This document shows, piece after piece, positions 26,697 through 34,942 of a DNA stretch of 64,000 nt. Each line of letters opens with the position of its first letter. Position 1 is the stretch's first letter. The position numbers were made by a program, and so were the translations under genes. The notes under the pieces were generated by a model. The model saw only the letters and a program-made list of their open reading frames with translations. It was not told where the DNA came from and did not search any database. This DNA comes from an uncultured Gemmatimonadales bacterium (GTDB lineage Bacteria; Gemmatimonadota; Gemmatimonadetes; Gemmatimonadales; GWC2-71-9), in assembly GCA_963711915.1 (NCBI GenBank), contig CAVQGA010000022.1:232943-296942 (forward strand). Direction: 5' to 3'.

Positions 26697-27081
26697 GTCG
26701 GTCGAGATCCGGCTCTCGAACGACATCGTGCGGGTGCGCCAAGTGGTACGGGAGTGGTCGATCGAGGCCGGGTTCACGCTGGTGGACCAGACCAAGATGG
26801 TCACTGCCGCGAGCGAGCTGGCCCGCAACACGCTCGAGCACGGCGGAGGCGGCGTGGCGCGGGTCGAGCTTCTACAGGACGGCGTGCGCCGCGGCGTCCG
26901 GCTCGTGTGCGAGGACCACGGGCCGGGCATCCCGGACGTGGAGCTCGCGCTCCGCGACGGCTACACCAGCCGGAACGGCCTCGGTCTCGGCCTGGGCGGC
27001 GCCCGCCGGCTGGTGAACGAGTTCGCGCTCGACTCCCGCCCGGGTGAGGGCACCAGGGTTACCATCACGCGGTGGAAGTAG
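26677..27081 (+). CDS. rsbT: RsbT-like serine kinase / switch protein (HATPase_c_2)
   Basis: ASELARNTLEHGGGG...EDHGPGIPD...GLGLGLGGARRL. Overlaps rsbS by 20 nt. Confidence 0.8.
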   Translation: MHVQRNESVEIRLSNDIVRVRQVVREWSIEAGFTLVDQTKMVTAASELARNTLEHGGGGVARVELLQDGVRRGVRLVCEDHGPGIPDVELALRDGYTSRNGLGLGLGGARRLVNEFALDSRPGEGTRVTITRWK

Positions 27082-27090
27082 CGGGCGCTC

Positions 27091-28095
27091 GTGGAGCCGA
27101 CGACCCTGACCCTGCCGGTGCAGGACGCCACCCAGATCGGCGCGGCCCGCCGGCTGGCCGTCACCGCGGCGGGGGCGCTCGGCATTTCAGAGGTCGAGGC
27201 CGGCGAGGTCGCCCTGGTGGCGACCGAACTCGCCACCAACCTGGTGCGGCACGGCGGCGGTGGCGAGCTGCTCGTCCGTCCGTTGACCCGCGGCGGCGAT
27301 GCGGGCCTCGAGATCGTCGCGCTCGATCGCGGTCCCGGCATGGCCGATGTCGGCGAAGCGCTGCGCGACGGGTACTCTACGGCCGGCACCAAAGGCGCAG
27401 GCTTGGGGGCGGTGCGTCGCTTGTCGGACAGGTTCGAAGTGTTCTCGACACCGGGCGTGGGCACCGCGGTCGTCGCCCGGCTCGCCTTCGCCGATGGGGC
27501 TGGTCCAGGCCGGCTGGTGAACGGCGTTTCCGTGGCCAAGCCGGGCGAGACCGCCTGTGGCGACGCCTGGTGCTGGACGGCGACGACGGACGGCTGGACC
27601 GTCGTCGTCGCCGACGGACTCGGCCACGGCCCGGACGCCGCCGTGGCCGCCTCGGAGGCGGTGCGGGTATTCCTTCGGTACCAGGGGGCCGGACTCCCCG
27701 ACATCGTTTCCGCGATGCATGCCGCCATGCGCCATACCCGGGGCGCGGCGGTTGGACTCGCCAGGCTGAGCCTGGGACGCCGGGAGCTCGCCTTCGCGGG
27801 CGTCGGAAACATCAGCGGGACGATCCTCGCGACCGGCAGGAGCCGCAGCCTGGTCTCCCTGCCTGGCATCGTGGGGCACGAATGCCGGAAGATCCAGGAA
27901 TTTCTCTATCCGTGGACCGAGCAGGCGATTGTGGTATTGTACTCGGACGGGTTGCAGAGCCGCTGGACCCTGGACCGTTACCCGGTGCTCGCCTCGCGGG
28001 ATCCCGCGCTGGTGGCCGCCCTGCTCTACCGGGATTTCGCTCGCGGACGCGACGACGTGACCGTGGTCGTCGGCCGCGGAGAGGTCGTTTCGTGA
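27091..28095 (+). CDS. fusion of an RsbT/RsbW-like HATPase_c_2 domain and a PP2C (SpoIIE-type) phosphatase
   Basis: N-terminal ATELATNLVRHGGGG...LDRGPGM...GAGLGAVRRL. C-terminal GDAW...VADGLGHGPDAA...LYSDGL, which are PP2C metal-binding motifs. Confidence 0.8.
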   Translation: MEPTTLTLPVQDATQIGAARRLAVTAAGALGISEVEAGEVALVATELATNLVRHGGGGELLVRPLTRGGDAGLEIVALDRGPGMADVGEALRDGYSTAGTKGAGLGAVRRLSDRFEVFSTPGVGTAVVARLAFADGAGPGRLVNGVSVAKPGETACGDAWCWTATTDGWTVVVADGLGHGPDAAVAASEAVRVFLRYQGAGLPDIVSAMHAAMRHTRGAAVGLARLSLGRRELAFAGVGNISGTILATGRSRSLVSLPGIVGHECRKIQEFLYPWTEQAIVVLYSDGLQSRWTLDRYPVLASRDPALVAALLYRDFARGRDDVTVVVGRGEVVS

Positions 28096-29474
28096 CTGCC
28101 CCGATCCTCACGACCGAGCTTCGCACCGAGCACGACGTCGTGCTCGCACGGCAGCGCGCGCGGCAGGTGGCGCGGCTGCTGGGCTTCGACGCCCAGGAGC
28201 AGACCCGGATCGCCACTGCCGTGTCGGAGGTCGCGCGCAACGCCCACCAGTACGCCAAGGGCGGCCGGGTGGTGTTCGAGCTCGCCTCGGCGCCCCCCAG
28301 ACTCGATATCACTATCAGCGACGCCGGTCCCGGCATCGGCCGCCTGCCCGATGTGCTCGAGGGGCGCTATCGCTCCTCCACCGGCCTCGGGCTCGGACTG
28401 CTCGCCGCCCGCCGCCTGTCCGACCTGTTCGACGCCGCCTCGGAGCCGGGCAGCACGGTCATCCGGCTCGGCAAGCTGCTCCCGCGCGGCACCTCCGCCG
28501 ACTCGGAGACGGTCGCCCGGGTGAGCGCCGCGCTCGCGCAGCTCGCGCCACACGACCCGATCGCCGAGCTCCGGGAGCAGAACCGGGAGCTGGTCCGGGC
28601 CCTCGACGAGGTGCGCGAGCGGCAGACCGAAGTGGAGCGCCTGAACCAGGAGCTGGCGGAGACCAACCGCGGCGTGATGGCGCTCTACGCCGAGCTGGAC
28701 GAGAAGGCGGCCGACCTGGCCCGCGCCTCGGAGCTCAAGTCGCGCTTTCTGTCGAACATCAGCCACGAGCTCCGCACGCCGCTCAACGCGATCCTCAACA
28801 TCAGCAACCTCCTGCTCGCCCACGTGGACGGTCCGCTCGCCGAGGAGCAGCACCGCCAGGTGGGCTTCATCCGGAGCGCCGCCACCAACTTGTCCGAGAT
28901 GGTGAACGACCTGCTGGACCTGGCCCGGATCGAGGCCGGCCGGAGCGTGGTCCGCACGAGCGCGTTCACTGCGGTCGACCTCTTCGCAGCGCTCCGCGGC
29001 ATGTTCCGCGCGCTGGCGGCGTCGGACGCCGTCGCCGTGGTGGTCGAGGAGCCGGACGGCATCCCTGGACTCGTGACCGACGAGGGCAAGCTGTCGCAGA
29101 TCCTGCGCAACTTCATCGCCAACGCCCTCAAGTTCACCGAGCGCGGCGAGGTCCGGGTGTCCGCGCGGATGGAGCCCGATGGCCGCGTGACGTTTGCAGT
29201 CGCGGACACCGGCATCGGCATCGCGCCGCAGGACCAGGAGCGCATCTTCGAGGAGTTCCACCAGCTCGACAGCGCGCTCCAGCGCCGGTCGACCGGCACG
29301 GGCCTCGGCCTGCCGCTCTCGCGCAGGCTGGCCGAGCTGCTGGGAGGGGGCGTGTCGGTGCAGAGCACGCCGGGTTCGGGCTCGGTGTTCAGCGTGACGA
29401 TCCCGCCCTCGTGGTCTCCGCCGCCGCGCCTCTCGAGTCCGGGCCAGCCGGCCATCGAGGTGCAGCATGCCTGA
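28092..29474 (+). CDS. histidine kinase with N-terminal RsbT/RsbW-like domain, coiled coil, HisKA and HATPase_c
   Basis: N-terminal VSEVARNAHQYAKGG...SDAGPGIG...GLGLGLLAARRL. H-box SNISHELRTPLNAI. G-boxes DTGIGIA and GTGLGLPLS. The GTG start overlaps the upstream stop (GTGA at 28092-28095). Confidence 0.85.
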   Translation: MTAPILTTELRTEHDVVLARQRARQVARLLGFDAQEQTRIATAVSEVARNAHQYAKGGRVVFELASAPPRLDITISDAGPGIGRLPDVLEGRYRSSTGLGLGLLAARRLSDLFDAASEPGSTVIRLGKLLPRGTSADSETVARVSAALAQLAPHDPIAELREQNRELVRALDEVRERQTEVERLNQELAETNRGVMALYAELDEKAADLARASELKSRFLSNISHELRTPLNAILNISNLLLAHVDGPLAEEQHRQVGFIRSAATNLSEMVNDLLDLARIEAGRSVVRTSAFTAVDLFAALRGMFRALAASDAVAVVVEEPDGIPGLVTDEGKLSQILRNFIANALKFTERGEVRVSARMEPDGRVTFAVADTGIGIAPQDQERIFEEFHQLDSALQRRSTGTGLGLPLSRRLAELLGGGVSVQSTPGSGSVFSVTIPPSWSPPPRLSSPGQPAIEVQHA

Positions 29475-31740
29475 GACCGGCCTGACGATCCTGGTCGTGG
29501 ACGACAACGAGGCCGAGCGCTACTACGTGGCGCGGGTGCTCCGGAAGGCGGGCTTCGAGGTCGCCGAGGCCGGCACCGGCCAGGAAGCGCTCGCGCGGGC
29601 GGGCGACGGCCCCGACCTGGTCACCCTGGACGTCCGGCTGCCCGACCTCAGCGGCTTCGAGGTGTGCCGCCGGCTCAAGAGCGACTCCGCGACGCGCGAT
29701 ATTCCGGTCCTGCACATCTCGGCGAGTTACACCACGCCCGACGCCAAGGCCGAAGGGCTCGACGGAGGGGCCGACGGCTACCTCACCCACCCGGTGAACC
29801 CGACCGAGCTCGTCGCCACGGTGCGCTCCCTGCTCCGGGCCCGGGAGGCGGAGGTCCGGGTGCGCGCCGCCGCCCGGGAATGGACCACCACGTTCGACCT
29901 CATCAGCGACGCGGTCTGCCTCACCGGCGCCGACGGCGCGGTCATCCGCTGCAACAACGCGTTCGCCAGGCTGCTCCAGCGTCCGTTCGCGGACGTGATC
30001 GGGTGCCCGCTGGGCACGCTACTGCCTCAGCTCACGCCCGCCGCCGGCACGGCGGCGGGCGTCCCGTCGCACATCCAGATCGCCGACCGGCACTTTCGCG
30101 TGAACGTCGATCCGGGGCCCGCGGTGGGCGCCGGTTCGGCCGTGCGGGCCTGGGTGTTCGGCGACGTGACCGAGCAGGAGCGGCAGCAGGCGGCCGTCCG
30201 GCGCAGCGAGGAGGAGGCGCAGGCGCGGCTGGCCGAGATCGAGGCGGTCTACCGCGCGGCGCCGGTGGGGCTCTGCGTCCTCGACACCCAGCTCCGCTAT
30301 GTGCGCATCAACCAGCGGCTCGCCGAGATCAACGGCCCCTCGGTAGAAGCGCACATAGGACGAACGGTGCGGGAGATCGCCCCCCAGCTGGCCGACTTCA
30401 TCGAACCCAAGCTCCGGGAGCTGCTGGCCACCGGGCATCCGGTGCTGGACCTCGAGCTGCGGGGCGAGACGCCGGCGCAGCCCGGCGTCGAGCACAGCTG
30501 GATTGCGACGTGGTATCCCCTGGCCGCCCCGGACGGACAGATCATCGGCATCAACATCGCGGTGGAGGATGTGACGGAGCGGCGCCAGTTGCAGGATCGG
30601 CTGCTCGAGGCGCAGCGGCTCGAGGCGGTGGGGCGCCTGGCGGGAGGTGTGGCGCACGAGACCAACAACCAGATGACGGTGGTCCTCGGCTGCGCGAACT
30701 TCGCGCTCCGTCACATCAACACGCCCGAGGCGATGCGCTCCGACCTCGAGCAGATCCGGCGCGCCGCCGAGCGCACGGCCGAGATCACCGCCCAGCTCCT
30801 CGCCTTCGGCCGCCGGCAGCACCTCCGGCCCGAGGTGGTGGGGCCGGACGAGGTGCTCGAGCGGCTGCAGCCCGTCCTCGCCCGCACGCTCGGCGACGGC
30901 TCCCTGGTGCTCGGCCTGCAGGCGCAGGCCGAGCAGGTGCGGGCGGACGTCGGGCAGCTCGAGCAGGTGCTGCTCAACCTCACGTTCAACGCGCGCGACG
31001 CGATGCCGGACGGCGGCACGCTCGCCATCCGGACGGCCCCGGTCGTGCTCGACGCTCCGCTTGCCCCGGGACACCCGGCCGACGAGGTCCCCCCTGGCCG
31101 CTACGTTCTCCTCGAGGTGACGGACAGCGGTTACGGCATGGACCCCGCCACGCTCAAGCGCGCCTTCGAGCCGTTCTTCACCACGAAGGGCGTGGGCAAG
31201 GGGACGGGCCTCGGCCTCTCGATGGTGTATGGGTTCGTCAAGCAGAGCGGCGGGTACATCCGCGCCTTCAGCACGCCCGGCCGGGGGACGCGGTTCGAGA
31301 TCTACCTGCCGAGCGTGAGCGCGCTCGAGGTCGCGCTGGAGGACGACGCGCCAGTACGGCAGGTCACGGCTTCGGGCCGTGTCCTGCTGGTGGAGGACGA
31401 TCCGCTCGTGCGCGCGGTGCTCGCGCGGGAGCTGTCGGATCAGGGCTACGTGGTCACCGAGGCGGCGGACGGCCGGACGGCGCTCGAGCTCGCGCGGAGC
31501 GCGGCGAGATCGTTCGACATCGTGGTTACCGACGTCGCCCTCCCCCGCATGGGTGGCCGGGAGCTGGCCGAGCGGCTGGCCGACCTCCCGAAGCCGGTCC
31601 CGGTGCTCTTCATCTCGGGGCATCCCCACGAGCAGGCCGCGGGCCAGCTCGTGGAGACCGGACGGGCGGTGCTCCAGAAGCCGTTCAGCGCCGAGGAGCT
31701 GCTGATTCGGGTGGAGGGTCTGCTACGAGGCGTCCCGTGA
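29467..31740 (+). CDS. hybrid sensor kinase: receiver, 2 PAS-like domains, HisKA, HATPase_c, receiver
   Basis: ILVVDDNEAE...LDVRLPDLSG receiver. H-box GGVAHETNNQMTVV. DSGYGMD and GTGLGLS. C-terminal receiver VLLVEDDP...TDVALPRMGG. Overlaps the upstream gene by 8 nt. Confidence 0.85.
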   Translation: MPETGLTILVVDDNEAERYYVARVLRKAGFEVAEAGTGQEALARAGDGPDLVTLDVRLPDLSGFEVCRRLKSDSATRDIPVLHISASYTTPDAKAEGLDGGADGYLTHPVNPTELVATVRSLLRAREAEVRVRAAAREWTTTFDLISDAVCLTGADGAVIRCNNAFARLLQRPFADVIGCPLGTLLPQLTPAAGTAAGVPSHIQIADRHFRVNVDPGPAVGAGSAVRAWVFGDVTEQERQQAAVRRSEEEAQARLAEIEAVYRAAPVGLCVLDTQLRYVRINQRLAEINGPSVEAHIGRTVREIAPQLADFIEPKLRELLATGHPVLDLELRGETPAQPGVEHSWIATWYPLAAPDGQIIGINIAVEDVTERRQLQDRLLEAQRLEAVGRLAGGVAHETNNQMTVVLGCANFALRHINTPEAMRSDLEQIRRAAERTAEITAQLLAFGRRQHLRPEVVGPDEVLERLQPVLARTLGDGSLVLGLQAQAEQVRADVGQLEQVLLNLTFNARDAMPDGGTLAIRTAPVVLDAPLAPGHPADEVPPGRYVLLEVTDSGYGMDPATLKRAFEPFFTTKGVGKGTGLGLSMVYGFVKQSGGYIRAFSTPGRGTRFEIYLPSVSALEVALEDDAPVRQVTASGRVLLVEDDPLVRAVLARELSDQGYVVTEAADGRTALELARSAARSFDIVVTDVALPRMGGRELAERLADLPKPVPVLFISGHPHEQAAGQLVETGRAVLQKPFSAEELLIRVEGLLRGVP

Positions 31741-32139
31741 GGAGCGGCGACCGAGCCGCGCCTGCTCGTGCGGGGCCGCGAAGTCCTCCTCGCCGGGTGG
31801 CCGCACCAGCAGATCGAAGGCGAGGAACAGCATCTTGGAGAACGGGAAGAAGATGAACGGGAACACCACCATCAGGACGATGGTGCTGATCTGAAACAGG
31901 TCCCACGGCGGGTCGGGCCAGGTCGCGAGCAGGAAGCCCGCGACCCAGACGCTGAAGACGGTCTCGACCGCCATCAGGTTCACGAAGTAGGCCCCCAGCC
32001 AGTAGCCCTGCTCCCCCCGCTCGAGCCCCAGCCCACACACCGGACACGCCGGCAGCAGGCGCGACCAGCTGGTGAAGATCGGCCCGCCCCCGCAGTGCGG
32101 GCACCTCAGGCGCAGGGCGCGCGCGAAGTGGGACAGCAT
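31723..32139 (-). CDS. DUF983 family membrane protein with N-terminal CxxC...CxxC zinc ribbon
   Basis: RCPHCGGGPIF...CPVCGL followed by two TM helices. ATG at 32139. Confidence 0.7.
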   Translation of the reverse strand: MLSHFARALRLRCPHCGGGPIFTSWSRLLPACPVCGLGLERGEQGYWLGAYFVNLMAVETVFSVWVAGFLLATWPDPPWDLFQISTIVLMVVFPFIFFPFSKMLFLAFDLLVRPPGEEDFAAPHEQARLGRRSSRDAS

Positions 32140-32237
32140 ATGCGTGGACGGTAGTGATCCGTCCCGCTTCGCGCGAGGCTCCAGATCACACCCGCCGGCG
32201 GAAGTGGCTGCTCGCGGGCAGCTCCCGCGATGCGGAC

Positions 32238-32345
32238 TCAGCTCTTGACCAGCTCGACCCGGCGGTTGCTCTGCCGGCCTTCGAGCGTGTCGTTGGAGGC
32301 GGAGGGCTTGGTCTGCCCGAGGCTCTTCGCATGTACTTGCCATCG
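32238..32345 (-). pseudogene. remnant of an OmpA-family C-terminal (peptidoglycan-binding) domain
   Basis: The reverse strand reads ...AKSLGQTKPSASNDTLEGRQSNRRVELVKS*, matching the OmpA_C tail pattern (G.G...P.A.N.T.EGR..NRRVE). There is no intact upstream reading frame or start. Confidence 0.35.
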
Positions 32346-32458
32346 CCCATGACGCGGGCGCGCCGCACCCGGTCTGGGGAGTGGTCGGCCGTCTCACGCG
32401 CCCATTCAGCCCGGCCTGGGGGTTCCGGAACCCCGGTATCGGCTAACGTAGGAGATTG

Positions 32459-33325
32459 ATGATCGAAGGCCGTTTCGCCGGCCACGACGGAGCGCCGCTC
32501 TTCCGCCGGACGTGGCCGGCCACCGGCCGGCCGCGGGGCGTGCTCGTCAACGTCCACGGGCTCGGCGATCACTCGGGACTCTATCCCACGGTGGCCGAGC
32601 ACTTCACGGCGCGGGGCTTCGCGGTGCACGCGCCCGACCTGCGCGGCAACGGGCGCTCGCCTGGCGCGCGGGGACACGTGGACTCGTGGGGCGAGTACCG
32701 GGAGGACCTCCGTCGCTTCCTGGACGTGGTGCGCGCCGAGGAGGCCGGCCTTCCACTCTTCCTCCTGGGTCACAGCCTCGGCGGCCTCGTCGTCCTCGAC
32801 TACGCCATGCGCTACGCCGAGGGACTCCGCGGCGTCATCGCGTCGGCGCCGCCGCTCGGGCGCCTCGGTGTGCCGGCGACGCTGCTGCTCCTCGGCAGGG
32901 TCGTCTCTCGCGTGTGGCCCGGCTTCTCGCTCGAGACCGGCATGGACCTCTCCGGCCTGGCCCGCGATCCGGCGATCGCGGCCGAGGTGCTGGCGGACCC
33001 GCGCTTCCATCGCCGGGGCTCCGCCCGGCTCTCGACCGAGGTGCAGGCCACGATCGCGCGGGTCCAGGCGGACGCGCATCGGTTTCCGCTGCCGTTGCTC
33101 GTGCTGCACGGCTCGGCGGACCGGATGGTCCCGCCGGACGGGAGCCGGGAGTTCGCGGCCCGGGCACGCGGGCGCGACGTGACGTTCATCGAGTATGAGG
33201 GGGCCTACCACGCGCTGTTCGCCGATCAAGGACGGGAACGGGTGCTGGCGGATGTCGAGGAGTGGATACGGGCGCGCATGAGCCCGCCCCGCGGCACTGG
33301 CCACGGCAGCGGGCCCGCAAGCTAG
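32459..33325 (+). CDS. alpha/beta hydrolase (lysophospholipase / monoacylglycerol lipase-like)
   Basis: VHGLGDHSG and the nucleophile elbow GHSLGG. C-terminal LHGSADRMV...YHALF. RBS GGAGA is upstream; an alternative TTG start is at 32456. Confidence 0.8.
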   Translation: MIEGRFAGHDGAPLFRRTWPATGRPRGVLVNVHGLGDHSGLYPTVAEHFTARGFAVHAPDLRGNGRSPGARGHVDSWGEYREDLRRFLDVVRAEEAGLPLFLLGHSLGGLVVLDYAMRYAEGLRGVIASAPPLGRLGVPATLLLLGRVVSRVWPGFSLETGMDLSGLARDPAIAAEVLADPRFHRRGSARLSTEVQATIARVQADAHRFPLPLLVLHGSADRMVPPDGSREFAARARGRDVTFIEYEGAYHALFADQGRERVLADVEEWIRARMSPPRGTGHGSGPAS

Positions 33326-33897
33326 TGGAGGTGGACGTTTGCCGTGCCGCACCCCACGCCCTGGACCCACAGATTCTGGACGCCGGGGATGTCCGGGGCG
33401 ATGTCCCTGTCCGCGACGATCATCTGCGCGGTGAACGATTCGTCGTTCCCGTCGCCTGCGCGGTAGAAGTCGGCGAGCAGCACAGCCGTGTGGTCGTCGG
33501 TCGTGGCCGGCTTCAGCGCGTCGCTCCCGGTGCACTTGAAGCCGGTAGACGCGAGCAGCTGGGCCGTATCCCACCGCACGCCCTCGCCGGCCGCGCAGCC
33601 CGTGAGCGGACCCTGGCCCACCGACGCGATGCAGCTGAAGCTGCCACTCGTGGATGCGACCGCCGCTTCGGTCGGCACCGTGTTCGACGCGGTGGTCGGG
33701 TCGAAGGAACCACCGCCCGTGAGCCGGACCGCGCCGGTGGGAAAGCCGCTGGCGTCTCCGTGCAGGCTGAAGCCGCTCCGCCCGCCGGCCTGGAAGGCCG
33801 GCCGCAGGGCATCGGTCGGGTTGGCTCCATCACTGCAGGCGAGCGCGAGCGCCAGGCCCAGCAGCGGGAGCAGGGACAGGGAAGCAAATGGTCTCAT
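33322..33897 (-). CDS. Cys-rich lipoprotein of unknown function
   Basis: Signal/lipobox MRPFASLSLLPLLGLALALAC. Five further Cys residues. Third gene downstream of the sigma54 promoter. Confidence 0.6.
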   Translation of the reverse strand: MRPFASLSLLPLLGLALALACSDGANPTDALRPAFQAGGRSGFSLHGDASGFPTGAVRLTGGGSFDPTTASNTVPTEAAVASTSGSFSCIASVGQGPLTGCAAGEGVRWDTAQLLASTGFKCTGSDALKPATTDDHTAVLLADFYRAGDGNDESFTAQMIVADRDIAPDIPGVQNLWVQGVGCGTANVHLH

Positions 33898-33968
33898 GGC
33901 GTCCTCCTGGTTCATCGTTTGAGTGTGGTTTGACGCGAGCCGCCTCTCGGCGGCCCTCGTCGGCTCGC

Positions 33969-34418
33969 TTACCGGACGACGAGCGTCCCTGACATGATCG
34001 TGCCGTGAACGGCGCAATCGTACCGGTACGTCCCGGGCGCGGAGAACACGACCTGATACGTTTTCCCGTCACCAGTCTGGACGGCGCTGCTGGCAAAGCT
34101 CGGCGAGCCCAGCGACTGGACGCTGTGGGGAATGCTGCCCGTTCCCGCCCAGGTCCATGTGACGGTGCCGCCCGCGGCGACGGTGTCGACGGCCGAGTTG
34201 GTCGTCCCGTTGTGTCCACTCCTGAAGAAGATGTTGCCGACGGTGATGGCCGCCGTGGTCGGCGCGGCGCCGCCCCCGGTATCGCCCCCCGTCGAGCCGC
34301 CGCCCGTCCCGCCACCCGTCCCACCGCCGGCGCCACCTGCTGACGGCGCCATCGGTGAATTGCCGGAGCACCCGGCGAGCACTGCCAGGGCCAGCGCGGT
34401 CACAAAACGCCTGCTCAT
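33969..34418 (-). CDS. cupredoxin (plastocyanin/azurin-like type 1 copper) lipoprotein
   Basis: Lipobox LAVLAGC and a Gly-rich linker. Putative T1Cu ligands are H (GSIPHSV) and C-x2-H-x3-M (YDCAVHGTIM). Confidence 0.7.
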   Translation of the reverse strand: MSRRFVTALALAVLAGCSGNSPMAPSAGGAGGGTGGGTGGGSTGGDTGGGAAPTTAAITVGNIFFRSGHNGTTNSAVDTVAAGGTVTWTWAGTGSIPHSVQSLGSPSFASSAVQTGDGKTYQVVFSAPGTYRYDCAVHGTIMSGTLVVR

Positions 34419-34467
34419 GAGATCCCCCGTTTGGTTTGCGGTTTTCGTATAAGGAGCCAGATCCACT

Positions 34468-34740
34468 TCATGACATGCCACTCCGGCCCAGCAGGGCGTT
34501 CACCAGGGGACTCGCGCCGATCAGGTTGACCCCCCTGGCAATCAGGCCTCGCACCATCGCCGCACCGTTCCGATCGGCGAAGCTCACGCCCGCCAGGTCC
34601 AGCTCGACTGAGCTCCGGGCATCGAGGTGGCGGACACATTCCGCCTCGAGCAGCGGCACCCAGTCGCCGACGAGGGTTCCTTCGGCTGTAAGCGTTACCC
34701 GAGAGCCGGCCTCGGCCGCGCTGGAGATCCGAAGCACCAA
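34468..34740 (-). CDS. single-domain STAS-like protein
   Basis: VELDLAGVSFADRNGAAMVRGLIARGVNLIGASPLVNALL fits the STAS pattern. A strong RBS GGAAGGAGGG lies just upstream of TTG 34740 / GTG 34737. The longer ORF start at 34794 would lie upstream of the predicted transcription start. Confidence 0.6.
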   Translation of the reverse strand: MVLRISSAAEAGSRVTLTAEGTLVGDWVPLLEAECVRHLDARSSVELDLAGVSFADRNGAAMVRGLIARGVNLIGASPLVNALLGRSGMS

Positions 34741-34798
34741 GTCACCCTCCTTCCTTCCCACCACGTCGCGCACGCGAGAACCTTTGCGTCTCACTTAA

Positions 34799-34816
34799 AA
34801 GCAGGTCGCGTGCCGT
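34799..34816 (-). promoter_or_regulatory. sigma54 (-24/-12) promoter
   Basis: The reverse strand reads ACGGCACGCGACCTGCTT: GGCACG-N4-CTGCT with exact GG-N10-GC spacing, versus consensus TGGCACG-N4-TTGCW. It lies ~60 nt upstream of the STAS start and directly downstream of the sigma54 activator gene. Confidence 0.7.
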
Positions 34817-34942
34817 ATGCGAAATCGTGAAGGCCTTCGGTCTATGCGGCTGGCACAGCGGGGGTTGCGACGAGGGGAGAAGAATTGTCCTGGAACGGGC
34901 CCACGATCCTCGGTAGCCCCCCGAAGATGTTGTGGGAGGAGA

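Noticed and set aside
27072-28091. N-terminal 340 aa of the 800-aa ORF 27072-29474
   Set aside because: R/G/P-rich read-through in an alternate frame of the phosphatase gene. The kinase starts at GTG 28092, overlapping the upstream stop.
32186-33574. 462-aa minus-strand ORF
   Set aside because: It is antisense to the alpha/beta hydrolase gene. Only its extreme 3' end overlaps the OmpA_C-like relic, which is in a different frame.
34851-34868. TGGCAC...TTGC on the plus strand resembling a sigma54 promoter
   Set aside because: The GG-to-GC spacing is 13 nt rather than 10, and there is no plus-strand gene downstream. The correctly spaced element is on the minus strand at 34799-34816.
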